Below are positions 35,682-46,118 of a stretch of DNA of 64,000 nt, in pieces. The first letter of the stretch is position 1. Every line of letters starts with the position of its first letter. Position numbers and translations under genes: made by a program. The DNA is taken from assembly GCA_963829055.1 (NCBI GenBank), contig CAWHHI010000009.1, positions 96,001 to 160,000 of the forward strand. The letters run 5' to 3'. Below the pieces are notes generated by a model that saw only the letters and a list, made by a program, of their open reading frames with translations, did no database searches and had not been told where the DNA came from. The stretch is from an uncultured Gemmatimonadaceae bacterium. Its GTDB lineage: Bacteria > Gemmatimonadota > Gemmatimonadetes > Gemmatimonadales > Gemmatimonadaceae.

Positions 35682-38600
35682 ATGGAGCTCGCTTCAGTGT
35701 TGAAAGCGGCCTTGCTACCGCTCTCCCTCGCGTCACCGTCGGCGCGGCCAGGCACCCCAGAGCACCCGAACTCCTTTGTCTCGGAGGCGGAGATTGCTCG
35801 TTTCGCAGGAACCATCAGAGGGCGCGTCGTCGAGGCGGGCTCTGGCGCACCCATCGTCGGTGCCACGGTCACCGTCGGCGGCACACGCCTCGGTGCGATG
35901 TCGGGCAACGACGGTCGGTACACCATCACTCAGGTCCCGGCAGGGAGCCAGGTGCTCACGGTGCACATGCTCGGCTTCGCGCCGAAAAGCGACACGGTCT
36001 CCGTCACGGACAACGGTGAGGTCACGGGCGACTTCACCCTCCAGCGCTCGGCGTCGCAGCTCTCGGAGGTCGTCGTCACGGCGACCGGTGATCAGCGGAA
36101 GGTGGAGATCGGTAACGCGGTGGCGACGCTGCGCGCCGATTCGCTCGTTGCGGTAGCGCCGATCACCTCCGTCGGCGACATGCTTCAGGGCCGCGTCGCG
36201 GGGCTGCTCACGTTCGCCAATGCCGGTATGACGGGCTCAGCACCACGCATCCGCATCCGCGGCTTCAACTCGCTGTCGCAGCCTAACAACCCGATGATGA
36301 TCGTCGACGGCACGCGCGTCGACAACACGACCGGCGCGGGCAACGGGGGCGGCACGAACGTCCAGTCGTACGGCTGGACCGCCGGATCCGTGACCGCGAT
36401 GAATCCCGAGGAGATCGAGTCGGTCGAGATCGTCAAGGGACCCTCTGCGGCAACGCTGTACGGAACGGATGCAGCGAACGGTGTGATCGTCATTCGGACC
36501 AAACGCGGCACGGCCGGATCGCCGAAGTGGAATCTCTACGCTGAAGGCGGTCTCATTCCCGGTCCGACGACGTGGAACGACAATTACTACGCGTTTGGCA
36601 AGAGCCCCACGGGCCAGGCCATGCAATGCGTCAACCTCGCACGCGCGGCGGGACAGTGTACGCTGGACAGCGTCAGCGTCTGGAGCCCGATGAGCGATGC
36701 TCCGAGCTCACCGGTGGGGACAGGCAATCGTCGGCAACTCGGTGCTCAGGTCTCCGGCGGCACGCAGCAACTGCGGTACTTCGTAGGCTCCGACTGGGAG
36801 CGTGAGCGCGGTTACCTCGAGCTGCCGGACGTCGAGATCGAGCGCCTCAAGGCCGAGCGCGGTACCGGCGAGATCCCGGATGAACAGATCCACCCGAACT
36901 TCCTGCATCGTACGGCGCTCCGTGCCAACGGGTCGGCGATGCTCGGCGCGAAGGGCGATCTGAACCTCTCGAACAGCGTCCAATTCCAGAAGAGCCAGAT
37001 CCCCCTGAACACCGTCTTCACCGACGCGGCGTGGGGCTCGGGCTACAAGGACGCGTGGGATGGCTGGGGCCAGCAGCGTCGGCCGGGCGAAACGTTCGCG
37101 GTGCGCTCGGCGGAGAAACTGTTTCGCATCACCAGCTCGGCCAACGGAAACTTCGCGCCAACCTCGTGGTTGACGACTCGGGCCACGATCGGCGTGGATG
37201 CCAGCTCGGTGTTCTCCGACAACCTGCAGCGTCGCGGCGAAGGAGGAACTGCGCTCGCACCGAGTCTCGGACGCCGGCTCGACGTGCGGTCGACCACGAT
37301 GCTCATCACGGGCGACGCCGGTGCGACGGCGAGCTTCAGCCTAACGCCGTCGATCGCGTCCAAGACCTCCGTCGGCGCCCAGTACAATCGGCGTGACCGC
37401 GGGATCACGACCGCCGTCGGCACCAACCTGCCGCCGGGCTCGAGCACGCTCGCCGGTGCGGCCACGGTCACCAACAGCGAGGCGACCATCGAATCGGTCG
37501 TGGCTGGCGGCTACGTCGAGCAGCAGATCGCGCTGAACGATCGACTGTTCCTCACGGGTGCGCTGCGGGCCGATGGCGCGAGCACCTTCGGTGAGAACTT
37601 CAAGACCGCGTACTACCCGAAGGGCAGTGTCTCGTGGGTCCTCTCGAGCGAGAGCTGGTTCCCGCAGACGAAGGCGATCTCGAGCCTCCGCTTCCGCACG
37701 GCGTACGGCTCGTCAGGCGTGCAGCCGCCGGCCGACGCCGCGCTCACGCGCCTCCAGTTGCAGACGGTGTTCGTCAACGGCACGACGGGTTCCGGCGCGC
37801 AGCTGCAGACGCTCGGCAACCCCGATCTCGCGCCCGAGCGTACGACGGAGCTCGAAGGTGGCATCGACATCGACTTCTTCGATGGTCGCGTGCGCCTCGA
37901 GGCAACGGCGTACGAGAAGCGGAGCACGGATGCGCTCGTGCAGCGATCCTATCCGCGCTCGGCGGGGCTGATCGCGACCGGCCAGCTCGACAACGTGGGT
38001 CGCGTGCGCAACCGCGGGGTGGAAGGCGTCCTCAACGCGATGGTCTTCAGGACTGGCGGTACGGAGCTCAACGTCTCGCTGAACGGCTCGATCAATCACT
38101 CCAAGCTTCTCGAGCTCGACGAGAGCACGCGTCCACCCGAAGACCGCTTCATCAAGTTCGTGCAGGGCTACCCGCTCTTCGGGATGTGGGATCGAAAGAT
38201 TCGTGGCTACAGTGATGCCAACAACGACGGCGTCCTGCAGATCAGTGAGGTCCAGGTCGATGATTCGGTCACGTTCATCGGCGAGACGAACCCTACGAAT
38301 CTGCTCACGTTCAGTCCGAGTCTCTCGCTGTTCAACGGGACGATTCACCTCACCTCGATGATCGTCCACAAGGGCAACTTCATTCAGACGAACTTCTCGG
38401 AGCTGAACAAGTGCGCGAGCTTCGGGGCGTGCAAGGCGCGCAATGACCCCAAAGCATCGATCGCGGAACAAGCGCCGTATGCGGGGTTCGCGGGTTCGAC
38501 CTTGACGTATGCCGGCTACGCCGAGGACGGCACGTTCACGCGCTGGGCGGAGGCGTCGATCGTGTGGGATGCGACTCGCCAGTTCAAGCGCGCGCTTGGC

Positions 38601-38792
38601 AATCGGTCGGCCACGGTCACGTTCAGCGGCCGCAACCTCGCGCTGTGGACGAAATACTCCGGTCTGGATCCGGAAGTGACGGCGCTCCCCGACCTGACCG
38701 GTAACTTCGGCACGGTGTGGGATCTCGGATACGACAATCCCGTTTCGCCGCTGCCGAAGTACTTCATCCTGCGTCTTTCCTTCGGACTGTGA
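35682..38792 (+). CDS. SusC/RagA-like TonB-dependent transporter
   Basis: LSEVVVTATG, RIRIRG, NPEEIESVEIVKGPSAATLYGTDAANGVIVIRTKRG, GNPDLAPERTTELE, WTKYSGLDPE. Confidence 0.92.
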   Translation: MELASVLKAALLPLSLASPSARPGTPEHPNSFVSEAEIARFAGTIRGRVVEAGSGAPIVGATVTVGGTRLGAMSGNDGRYTITQVPAGSQVLTVHMLGFAPKSDTVSVTDNGEVTGDFTLQRSASQLSEVVVTATGDQRKVEIGNAVATLRADSLVAVAPITSVGDMLQGRVAGLLTFANAGMTGSAPRIRIRGFNSLSQPNNPMMIVDGTRVDNTTGAGNGGGTNVQSYGWTAGSVTAMNPEEIESVEIVKGPSAATLYGTDAANGVIVIRTKRGTAGSPKWNLYAEGGLIPGPTTWNDNYYAFGKSPTGQAMQCVNLARAAGQCTLDSVSVWSPMSDAPSSPVGTGNRRQLGAQVSGGTQQLRYFVGSDWERERGYLELPDVEIERLKAERGTGEIPDEQIHPNFLHRTALRANGSAMLGAKGDLNLSNSVQFQKSQIPLNTVFTDAAWGSGYKDAWDGWGQQRRPGETFAVRSAEKLFRITSSANGNFAPTSWLTTRATIGVDASSVFSDNLQRRGEGGTALAPSLGRRLDVRSTTMLITGDAGATASFSLTPSIASKTSVGAQYNRRDRGITTAVGTNLPPGSSTLAGAATVTNSEATIESVVAGGYVEQQIALNDRLFLTGALRADGASTFGENFKTAYYPKGSVSWVLSSESWFPQTKAISSLRFRTAYGSSGVQPPADAALTRLQLQTVFVNGTTGSGAQLQTLGNPDLAPERTTELEGGIDIDFFDGRVRLEATAYEKRSTDALVQRSYPRSAGLIATGQLDNVGRVRNRGVEGVLNAMVFRTGGTELNVSLNGSINHSKLLELDESTRPPEDRFIKFVQGYPLFGMWDRKIRGYSDANNDGVLQISEVQVDDSVTFIGETNPTNLLTFSPSLSLFNGTIHLTSMIVHKGNFIQTNFSELNKCASFGACKARNDPKASIAEQAPYAGFAGSTLTYAGYAEDGTFTRWAEASIVWDATRQFKRALGNRSATVTFSGRNLALWTKYSGLDPEVTALPDLTGNFGTVWDLGYDNPVSPLPKYFILRLSFGL

Positions 38793-38803
38793 GGAGCCGA
38801 CCG

Positions 38804-40096
38804 ATGACCTCACGAATTTCCCGGCTCCCCATAGCCGCCGCACTGACGGTGACGTTAGGCTGCTCGTCGCTGACCGACGTGGACTCGCCGGACGTGGTTC
38901 AGCCGGAGCAGCTGAACAATGCCGCCGGTGCCGAGGCGCTGACGACGGGTGCGCTCGCTTCGATCATGTCGCCGTTCATGACCTTCGCGTACAACACGTC
39001 GGTCTTCAGCGATGAGATGAAGCTCGCGACGGCGTTCAATTCGTTCGCGGACATCGACTTCCGAACGCAGTCGCTGACCTTCAACGAATACGGCCCGACC
39101 CTGATGCACCGGGTTCGGACGCAGACGCAGCAGGCCATCGACTCGCGCAAGGAGTTCGCACCAACGCCGCGCGCTCGCATCGGCCAGCTCTTCGCCACGA
39201 AGGGGCTCGCCGAGCTGTTCCTCGGCGAAACGAGCTGCAATGGCACGCCGCTCACCGACATCGAAGGGACGGACCCGATCTTCAGTGGCCCGTTGACGAG
39301 CGACAGCATCCTGAAGGTTGCGATCACGAACTTCGACTCGGCGGTCGTGTACGCGGCGGACAGTGCGCGCGTGCTCAATCTGGCGAAGGTCGGACGCGGC
39401 CGCGCGCTGCTGGATCGCGGGCAGTACGCGCAGGCAGCAGCGGCGGTGGCCGGCGTGCCAACCAACTACGTGTACAATGCCGAAGCGACGTTGGCGGTTG
39501 CGAACCAGATCAACCTGATCTGGAATGGCAACAATCTGAAGACGGCAACAGTAGCTGAACGCGAAGGCGGCAACGGGTTGAACTTTGTGACCGCCGCCGA
39601 TCCGCGCGTCCCCACGATCGCAAATGGCGTGGGCGGCGACGGCGTGACGAACGTCTTCATCTTCGGGAAGTATTCCGGGCAGGCATCCCCGATCCCGATG
39701 GTCACCGGCGTCGAAGCGCGGCTGATCGAGGCAGAAGCCGCGTTGCAGGCGAACCGAAACGATACGTCGCCCACTGGCAACGGCTGGTTAGGCATCCTGA
39801 ACAACCTGCGAGCGACGGCGATCACGCCAGCGATGGCTCCGCTGGCGGATCCGGGAAGCTTCGATGCACGCGTGAACCTGCTCTTCCGCGAGCGCGCGTT
39901 CTGGTTGTACGGAACGGGTCACCGCATGGGCGATCTGCGTCGCCTCCTCCGACAGTATGGTCGCGCCGAAGCGCAGACGTGGCCGAAGGGACCGTACAAA
40001 GGTGGGGTCAGCTACGGGGACGAGGTGGTGTTCATCCTCACACTCTCCGAGCAGGCGAACCCGACCGTACGGACGTGCACCGACAAGAATCCGTAA
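38804..40096 (+). CDS. SusD/RagB-like lipoprotein
   Basis: Lipobox TLGC; GRGRALL, EARLIEAEA, ERAFWLYGTGHRMGDLRR; directly after susC. Confidence 0.88.
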   Translation: MTSRISRLPIAAALTVTLGCSSLTDVDSPDVVQPEQLNNAAGAEALTTGALASIMSPFMTFAYNTSVFSDEMKLATAFNSFADIDFRTQSLTFNEYGPTLMHRVRTQTQQAIDSRKEFAPTPRARIGQLFATKGLAELFLGETSCNGTPLTDIEGTDPIFSGPLTSDSILKVAITNFDSAVVYAADSARVLNLAKVGRGRALLDRGQYAQAAAAVAGVPTNYVYNAEATLAVANQINLIWNGNNLKTATVAEREGGNGLNFVTAADPRVPTIANGVGGDGVTNVFIFGKYSGQASPIPMVTGVEARLIEAEAALQANRNDTSPTGNGWLGILNNLRATAITPAMAPLADPGSFDARVNLLFRERAFWLYGTGHRMGDLRRLLRQYGRAEAQTWPKGPYKGGVSYGDEVVFILTLSEQANPTVRTCTDKNP

Positions 40097-40117
40097 TCGG
40101 GCGTGTGGGATGACACC

Positions 40118-40150
40118 ATAGGGGCGGGACCCGTTAGGTCCCGCCCCTAT
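40118..40150. terminator. Probable bidirectional terminator hairpin between convergent genes
   Basis: ATAGGGGCGGGACC-cgtta-GGTCCCGCCCCTAT, perfect 14-bp stem. Confidence 0.75.
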
Positions 40151-40729
40151 TTGCGCACTGCCTCGTGGATGACGATCGGCGTTACGAGGTTCTGGCCATT
40201 CGCCGGTTCGCTCTGAATGCGGCGGGCGACGTCGAGACCGCGCACCACGCGCCCGAACGCGGCGAAGCCCTGCCCGTCGGGGTTCCGCATGCCGCCGAAG
40301 TCCAGCGCGGGCTGCGGGCCGAGGCAGATGAAGAAGCTCGACGTCGCGCTGTTCGCGCCGGCGCGCGCCATCGAGATCGTGCCATCGAGGTGCTTCAGGC
40401 CGAGTCACCGACGTCCGCTCGAGCTCGATCGGTGGGAAGCCCTGGCCGCGTTTTTCGCGGCTCGCTCCCGCCTGGATGACCGTGATTCGGATCGAGTCGT
40501 TAGGCTGGTTGTCCGCGCGCACGACCCGGTAGAACGAGCCGTTCGTGAAGAAGCCACCATCGACGTACCGAAGGAAATTCTTCCCGGTGACCGGAGCGCG
40601 GATCGTGTCGACCTCCACCTCGATCTCGCCGCGCTCGGTCCGGAAGACTACGTGCGGCAGCGACTGCGCGCGGAGCGGGGACGCGACCGCCATCGCGGCG
40701 GCTAGCGCGGCGGTCAGGCCGGCACGCAT
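40147..40729 (-). CDS. Cyclophilin-type peptidyl-prolyl isomerase, secreted, frameshift near 40400
   Basis: APVTGKNFLRYV, FYRVVR, VIQAG, SMARAGANSATSSFFI, FAAFGRVVRG. Confidence 0.88.
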
Positions 40730-40737
40730 GCCATTCC

Positions 40738-41271
40738 CTATGACCAGGCGGGGCAACGCGCCGGCGGGGCGCCCGGCGGGGCGCCCTGCGGTGCCGGCGG
40801 CGGACCGTCGCGGACGTCCATGAGCTCGACGTCGAAGACGAGCGTCGCCTTCGCCGGGATGAGCGGTGGGCGGCCCTTCACGCCGTAGGCGAGCTGGTAG
40901 GGGATGATGAGGCGGCGACGCGCCCCGACCCTCATCCCCTCGAAGCCCTGGTCCCAGCCGATGATGACGGTCCGCTTACCCTGCTGGAAGGAGAGCGGCG
41001 TGCGAGGCTGTCCATTGCTCGCGGTGTCGCGCGACGAGTCGAACTTCTTGCCGTCGGTGAGCCAGCCCGTGTAGTGGACGTAATAGCACTTGTCAGGCGC
41101 AGCTTCAGCGCCGGAGCCTTGTGCGAGGTCAATGTAGCGCATGGTGAACTGCGTGTGCTCCTTGCCCTCGACTTTCGGGGGCGCGGGTCCGCGCTGCCCG
41201 CGAGAGGCGCACGCACTCGAGAACGTCGCGAGGGCGAGCAGGATCAGGCGGTGGCGACGTTCTGAACGCAT
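40738..41271 (-). CDS. FKBP-type peptidyl-prolyl isomerase lipoprotein
   Basis: Lipobox FSSAC; VHYTGWLTDGKKFDSS, VIIGWDQG, GMRVG, LAYG, LVFDVEL; alternative in-frame starts at 41283 and 41295. Confidence 0.92.
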   Translation of the reverse strand: MRSERRHRLILLALATFSSACASRGQRGPAPPKVEGKEHTQFTMRYIDLAQGSGAEAAPDKCYYVHYTGWLTDGKKFDSSRDTASNGQPRTPLSFQQGKRTVIIGWDQGFEGMRVGARRRLIIPYQLAYGVKGRPPLIPAKATLVFDVELMDVRDGPPPAPQGAPPGAPPARCPAWS

Positions 41272-41362
41272 GTCACAACGCATGTCACGACGCATGTCAG
41301 GACCGAGGAGTTCTGGCCAACGTAGATCCGCGGTTTTGGCGTTGTCCAGACGCGGTGAGCGC

Positions 41363-42766
41363 CTACGACTTCGTCTTCGCGGAGATCAGCGGCGCGGTCG
41401 GCAACGCGCCAAGGTCTACCACCTTGCCGTCCTTGATCACGGCGTTGACCCGCCGGTAGTTGCGTGCGCTCTCCAACGGGTTCGCGTCGAGGATCACCAC
41501 GTCGCCGATCTTCCCGACCTCGAGCGACCCGAGATCGCGACGCTTGTACGCGTACGCGACGTTGCTCGTCGCCGTCTTGAGGATCTCCATCCGGTCCATC
41601 CCGAGCTCCTCGAGCGCGTAGAGGGCGTTGAAGTGACCCTCGCCGAGCCTAACGCGGGGATCGATCGTGTCGGCGGCGATGGTGCGCGACTCGCTGCGCA
41701 GGACCGGATGCTCGATGCCGGCGTCGGTCGACACGAGAACCCGGATGCCGTGTGTAATGAAGTTCCGGATGTTCTCGTGCGAGATCTTGTAGAACGGGGT
41801 CAGTACACCCTCCGGCATGTTCTTCTCGATCGCCTCGCGATGCCGCTTCGTCACCGACAACACCGACACCGAAATGTCCTTCGCCTTGATCTTCTTCAAC
41901 GTCTCCTCGGCGATCGTATGAGTCGGCCCCGACATGTCGCCGTGCGTGAGGATGTCCACACCGGCTTCGACGGCAAGGTCGACGCTCTCGGGCGAGGTCA
42001 CGTGTGCCTGGACCGTTTTTCCCGCACGATGCCCTTCCTCGACGATCGCCTGCTGCGCACGCGGCGAGAACGTCAGGAAGTTCATGTCGACGTGGCCGCT
42101 CGCCCCGTACTTGAGGAAGTCCACGCCGCTCGCCGCATATTTCCTGATCGAGTCGCGCACCTCCTGGGGGTACATCCATAGAAGCTTGCGGCCGGTGCCG
42201 AGCTCCCACGCCTCGTTGATTCGCTTGGCGAAGGCCTTGCTCACGAAGGGCGCCGCAGTGGCGCGGAAGTCGGCCGCGAGGGGACCGTCGAACCCGATGA
42301 TGTTCCCGGCGAGGTAGATCCGGCTGCCCTGCTGCTGGCCCGAGTTGATCATGTCGCGCGCCTTGATGAGCGCGTCGCGCGGTCCCCAGGTGTCGAAGAC
42401 GGTCGTCAGCCCGCTCTTGAGCGCGATCTGCGCTCCCTCGATGGCCACCTCGTGGTAACGCCCCTCGTACTTGATGAGCGTCTCGAGGTCGAGGTTGAGG
42501 AAGAGGTGCAGGTTGGCGTCCATCAGGCCGGGGATGACGTACTTCCCGCGCGCGTCGATGGTGCGCATGGACGCGGGCACCTGAACCGTCCCCGCCTTGC
42601 CGACCGCGGAGATGCGGCCGTTGGTGATGACCACGACGCCATCGGTGATCGGCGCCTTCCCGGTGCCGTCGATGACGGTGGCACCGGTGACGGCGATGTT
42701 CTGCGCCGCGAGTGCAGTGGCGCTGATGAAGAGGATGGCGGCGCTGCGAAGGAGTGAATTGGGCAC
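41363..42766 (-). CDS. Secreted amidohydrolase (paralog of 31473..32990)
   Basis: GATVIDGTG, IPGLMDANLH, GSRIYLAGNIIG, GVDFLKY, STDAG, GSLEVGKIGDVVIL; GTG start after GAGGT. Confidence 0.8.
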   Translation of the reverse strand: MPNSLLRSAAILFISATALAAQNIAVTGATVIDGTGKAPITDGVVVITNGRISAVGKAGTVQVPASMRTIDARGKYVIPGLMDANLHLFLNLDLETLIKYEGRYHEVAIEGAQIALKSGLTTVFDTWGPRDALIKARDMINSGQQQGSRIYLAGNIIGFDGPLAADFRATAAPFVSKAFAKRINEAWELGTGRKLLWMYPQEVRDSIRKYAASGVDFLKYGASGHVDMNFLTFSPRAQQAIVEEGHRAGKTVQAHVTSPESVDLAVEAGVDILTHGDMSGPTHTIAEETLKKIKAKDISVSVLSVTKRHREAIEKNMPEGVLTPFYKISHENIRNFITHGIRVLVSTDAGIEHPVLRSESRTIAADTIDPRVRLGEGHFNALYALEELGMDRMEILKTATSNVAYAYKRRDLGSLEVGKIGDVVILDANPLESARNYRRVNAVIKDGKVVDLGALPTAPLISAKTKS

Positions 42767-42812
42767 GCTGTACCTCGATTGGCGTGGGCCTGCTGCTGCA
42801 AACGATCCGTGC

Positions 42813-44813
42813 CTAACGAGCGACACGTCCCTTTACCCGGAAGTCGAGCGCGGTGTCGAACCCGGCGCCCGGCTTGAGTTTGAGTACGACCTCCACCGAC
42901 TCGCTCACCCCGCGCGGCACCAACATGTCCGCGGAGCCGAGCTTTCCGGCGAACGAGACCTCCGGCGACGTGACGGCAGTGCCGGCGGAATCCACTCGCT
43001 CCGCGGTCGGCTGACCAGCCGCATTCAGGATTCCAACGATGTCGAGGCGCACCGGCCCGTAGACCGGCTGTTGCGACACGTTGCGGACCTGCAGCTGCAG
43101 GCGCACCGTCGACTTCGCGGCGTCATAGACCGGTGCGCTCGTCACGACCTCCACCCGGTTGGTCACGTCCGTTTCCGCGAGGTTGGACGGCGGTGCTCCA
43201 GGGGGACCGAGGGTGATGCGGGCGCCGTAGAGCTCCTGGCTGCCGCTCCGGCGGTCGGCCCACACCGCGGCGAACGCTCCGTTGCGGTCGGATGCGAGGC
43301 CCGTATAGTGACCCGCAAACAAGTTGCGGGATCCGTCGAACGACACGATGATGCGGCCGTTCGTTAGGTTCTTGTTGGCCTCGTCGCGCGCGCGGCGCAC
43401 CCACTCCGGGCCCGACACGGCGAAGCGCTCCATCGTCGCGAGCCGCGTGGCGACCGAGTCGGGAGGACGGTTCGGATCGTCGTGCGGACTCAGATTGTGC
43501 ACGTACGCCTCGGGGCCGCGCTGCGGCGGTGGGCAGCTCGAGGCCGACGATACGCGCTGGTTCGCGCTGAATCGCTGCCCGCCATCGGTCGAATACGCGA
43601 ACATGTAGTCCCAGCAGCGTCGCGCCGGGTCGGCTCGGCGGTCGTACCACGCGATGCCCACCGCGCCGTTAGGCGTCACCGCGACCACCGGCGTCATGCG
43701 ATGGTCGGCAACGCCGAGCGGGGCGCCGGACGTGTTGTCGTTGATGCGCAGTGGGCGCGACCACGTGCGGCCCTTGTCGGCGGACTTCGAAAACCAGATA
43801 TCGGATTGCCCGCTCCGCGTATCGTCCCACGTAGCGTACACGTGGTCGCGGTACGGACTCGTCGACGAGGTGTCGGCGACGACAATGGGGAGTGAGAAGG
43901 CCCTCGCGAACTCACCGCGGCGCTCTGGCCAGATGTGCGGGCCGAAGTCGAACACCTGCTCGGGCGGACTGAACGTCTTTGCCCCGTCGGTGGAGCGCCG
44001 CACGAACATCGGGAGCTTGTTGTTGCGCGGGTCGCCGAGCGGGTTCCAGTACTGGTAGTAGGTGACGAGGACCGTGCCGTCGGAGAGCACAACCGGCTCG
44101 GTGGCGACGAGCTTCCCGTCGGGGCGCATGTCGATGAGCATCGGGTCCGTGAAGGTCTTCCCGTTGTCATCGGAGTACTGCAGGAACATCGCATACTGGT
44201 TGCGCACGAAGGAATCGAAAACATCGTTCCAGGCGAGGTACACGCGCCCGCGGTGCGGCCCGTTCGTCATGTCGACGACGAGCCGCGCGTGGTCGGGCTG
44301 CACCGACGGGTGGATCTCGGTGGGCCCGTCCCACGTCCACGCGTCGCCGGTCGTGGTCCAGACGCGGATCGACGATGCTTGCGACGCCTCAGGGCCGCTG
44401 AGCGCGCGCGCGAAGGAGCCGCCGATCACGCACTGCATCACGTAGAAGCGGCCTCCGGGGCCGACGACGACCATCGGGTCGAAGGCACCGGCGGTATAGC
44501 CGGGGAGACGGACGGTGGTCCAGGTGTTGCCGCCGTCGCGCGAGACCATCGTCGACGCATTGCGTCCCCCAACCCCGAGGTCATCGCCGCTCTGCTGCTG
44601 TGCCACGGCGATCATCACGTTCGGGTTGGCGGGGCTGACCGCGACCCACATCTCGTTATGCTGACCCGGGACGAGCCGGATGTTCGGGCCGACGGAGATG
44701 CGCGATGTCGCTGCCGGGCCCGATAACTGAGCCTGCGCGTGGAATGAAGTGAACAGGGTCGCGGCGATGGCCGCAGGAGACATCAGGCGGCGGAGCAATC
44801 CGTACGTGACCAT
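42813..44813 (-). CDS. Secreted sialidase-like BNR/Asp-box beta-propeller protein
   Basis: SRDGGNTW, SDDNGKTF, STDGAKTF, SADKGRTW, STDGGQRF; GHYTGL. Confidence 0.75.
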   Translation of the reverse strand: MVTYGLLRRLMSPAAIAATLFTSFHAQAQLSGPAATSRISVGPNIRLVPGQHNEMWVAVSPANPNVMIAVAQQQSGDDLGVGGRNASTMVSRDGGNTWTTVRLPGYTAGAFDPMVVVGPGGRFYVMQCVIGGSFARALSGPEASQASSIRVWTTTGDAWTWDGPTEIHPSVQPDHARLVVDMTNGPHRGRVYLAWNDVFDSFVRNQYAMFLQYSDDNGKTFTDPMLIDMRPDGKLVATEPVVLSDGTVLVTYYQYWNPLGDPRNNKLPMFVRRSTDGAKTFSPPEQVFDFGPHIWPERRGEFARAFSLPIVVADTSSTSPYRDHVYATWDDTRSGQSDIWFSKSADKGRTWSRPLRINDNTSGAPLGVADHRMTPVVAVTPNGAVGIAWYDRRADPARRCWDYMFAYSTDGGQRFSANQRVSSASSCPPPQRGPEAYVHNLSPHDDPNRPPDSVATRLATMERFAVSGPEWVRRARDEANKNLTNGRIIVSFDGSRNLFAGHYTGLASDRNGAFAAVWADRRSGSQELYGARITLGPPGAPPSNLAETDVTNRVEVVTSAPVYDAAKSTVRLQLQVRNVSQQPVYGPVRLDIVGILNAAGQPTAERVDSAGTAVTSPEVSFAGKLGSADMLVPRGVSESVEVVLKLKPGAGFDTALDFRVKGRVAR

Positions 44814-44960
44814 GTGCGTGACCCTCGCGATATGCGAATGGCGGACGGGAGAGATAGTTGCCAGACCCATCGCCAATGGCAAGGGCACGTCCGGATACGC
44901 ACCACGCCGCGAGTCATCGGAGCGCAACGATCGTCATGACGCGCCTCGGGATGCAGACGT

Positions 44961-45453
44961 TCAGGGCTTGAGCGGCCCGAGCGGGCTCGGCGCGCATCCG
45001 GTCGGCTCTGCCGTGTACGTCACTGTCGCGATCTTCCAGCCTGACGACCCGCGAACGAGCGTGAACGCATCCACGCCGCAGTGCACGAACTGCCGGTTAC
45101 GGTGGATATCGTACGGCGCCCACACGATCGCGATGGCGCCATGCACCAGCACCGTCGGCTGCCACATGCGCTCGACCAGTGTGTCTCGCATGGTGGCGAG
45201 CTGGCGCACGAAGCCCTCGAACTCGCCGCGCGACACGACCACGCTGTCCGGCCGATACCGCACCGCGTACTGGATGCCGTCCGCGAGCTGAACGCGCCGT
45301 ATGGCGGCCGTGTCGCGCGCTGTCATCGCGCGGAAGAACTCGTTCACGATCGCGACGACGGAATCCTGACTCGCCCGGGACGCCTGCGCGGTGACTCGCG
45401 CCGGCGTTAGGCAGAGGACGACTCCGATGATGGCTCGGATGGCTCGAATGCAT
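44961..45453 (-). CDS. NTF2-like (DUF4440/SnoaL-like) secreted protein; start uncertain
   Basis: FFRAMTARD, ERMWQPTVLVHGAIAIVWAPY, HCGVDAFTL..GWKI. Confidence 0.75.
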
Positions 45454-45601
45454 GGACGCTCCGGTTGCCGGCCAAGATACTGTCGGAGGTCCACCGCGGC
45501 TATCGAGCGCGTGCTCCAGCAACTGCGCAAGAATCGGGTTGCCTGGTGCCGCGCCGCGCGAGCACTCTGCGGCAGTGCCCACCCATTCTCGAGATTACGT
45601 C

Positions 45602-46108
45602 ATGACTGCCGGCTTCCGCACCGTTCCCATCCCGAGCGATATCGCCGACCGCGCGCGCCGCGAGGGTCGCTCGCCGCAGTACGGTCACCCAGCCCACACC
45701 GAGACGGCTGCTGGTTATGGCCCGTGCCGCCTCTGCCTCGACACGTTCCGCGTCGGTGAGGAGGAGCGGCTCCTCTTCACCTACGACCCCTTCGCGGGGC
45801 TCGACCCATTTCCTGCGCCAGGGCCTGTGTTCGTTCACGCCGCGGGCTGCGCGGCGTTCGCCGCGCCCACCGGATTCGCGGAGTCGCTTCGCGCGCTTCC
45901 GCTCGTGCTGGAGGGATACGCGGCGGGTCGCTGGCTCGTGGCTCGCGAGCCGGTGCTCACCGGCGACGTCGAGGGCGCGACGGCGCGCATCTTCGCGCAC
46001 ACGTCGGTCGCGTACATCCACGTCCGCAATCTGGAAGCGGGTTGTTACATCGCGCGCCTCGAGCGTGTACCGACTGCCAATCCGACGACCGCGGCGATCG
46101 CGGGATAG
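45602..46108 (+). CDS. DUF1203 family protein
   Basis: PCRLCL, PGPVFVHA, YIHVRNLEAGCYIARLER. Confidence 0.8.
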   Translation: MTAGFRTVPIPSDIADRARREGRSPQYGHPAHTETAAGYGPCRLCLDTFRVGEEERLLFTYDPFAGLDPFPAPGPVFVHAAGCAAFAAPTGFAESLRALPLVLEGYAAGRWLVAREPVLTGDVEGATARIFAHTSVAYIHVRNLEAGCYIARLERVPTANPTTAAIAG

Positions 46109-46118
46109 CCGAACCGCG

